The notes under the pieces were generated by a model. That model ran no database searches. It was not told the origin of the DNA and saw only the letters and a program-made list of their open reading frames with translations. The position numbers were made by a program, and so were the translations under genes. From contig CAWBWI010000001.1 in NCBI GenBank assembly GCA_963792585.1, forward strand, positions 384,001 through 448,000: 64,000 bases of DNA. The letters are read 5' to 3'. This DNA is from Candidatus Eiseniibacteriota bacterium (lineage in GTDB: Bacteria > Eisenbacteria > RBG-16-71-46 > CAIMUX01 > VGJL01). Below are positions 63,900 to 64,000 of this stretch, one piece after another. How positions within the stretch are numbered: the stretch's first letter is position 1; each line of letters opens with the position of its first letter.

Positions 63900-64000
63900 A
63901 TGGACATCATCACGACCGCACGCAGGTATGAGTTGACCCCGGACGTGCGCGAGCACGCGGAGAAGTCGGCTGCAGAAGCTCGGCCGTTACCATGACCATA
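63900..64000 (+). CDS. hpf: Ribosome hibernation factor HPF/RaiA (partial, runs off the window)
   Basis: MDIITTARRYELTPDVREHAEK; AAGGAGG RBS; follows rpoN. Confidence 0.75.

Overview
Very GC-rich bacterial chromosome segment with no rRNA, tRNA, CRISPR array, prophage or transposase that I can support. The gene repertoire (secreted proteases with FlgD-Ig/PNP-type C-terminal tails, a GWxTD protein, LPS genes) suggests a diderm of the FCB-related group, e.g. Eisenbacteria/Latescibacterota-like; this is inference only. In order: aminotransferase, methyltransferase and two convergent S8 proteases; ABC-F; HAD and MocA-like genes; an FN3/beta-propeller lipoprotein coupled to a GT-C/TPR glycosyltransferase; a 12-gene divergent nucleoside uptake and salvage cluster (add, deaminase, hpt, dNK, udk, tdk, BMP-ABC transporter, PNP, EEP); an oxidoreductase plus a degenerate ClpB-D2-only AAA+ protein with a histone-H1-like tail; pfkA, GWxTD, NlpC/P60; a complete hdrCBA-flxDCBA electron-bifurcation operon with promoter, Rex/CRP-type operator and terminator; an HD hydrolase; an FGE-fold lipoprotein; mreBCD-mrdA-rodA; an M6 protease; lgt, aroE, comF, rne/rng, rplU, rpmA, mdh; kdsB-pyrG-kdsA-kdsD-lptC-lptB-rpoN-hpf. 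Many genes in about 5.5-8.4, 37.7-39.6, 42.3-47.8 and 52.3-64 kb carry indels. These hit essential genes, so they are most likely long-read consensus errors, and boundaries there are approximate. The most novel-looking element is the catalytically degenerate Clp-D2 protein with a basic tail (27916-29070).
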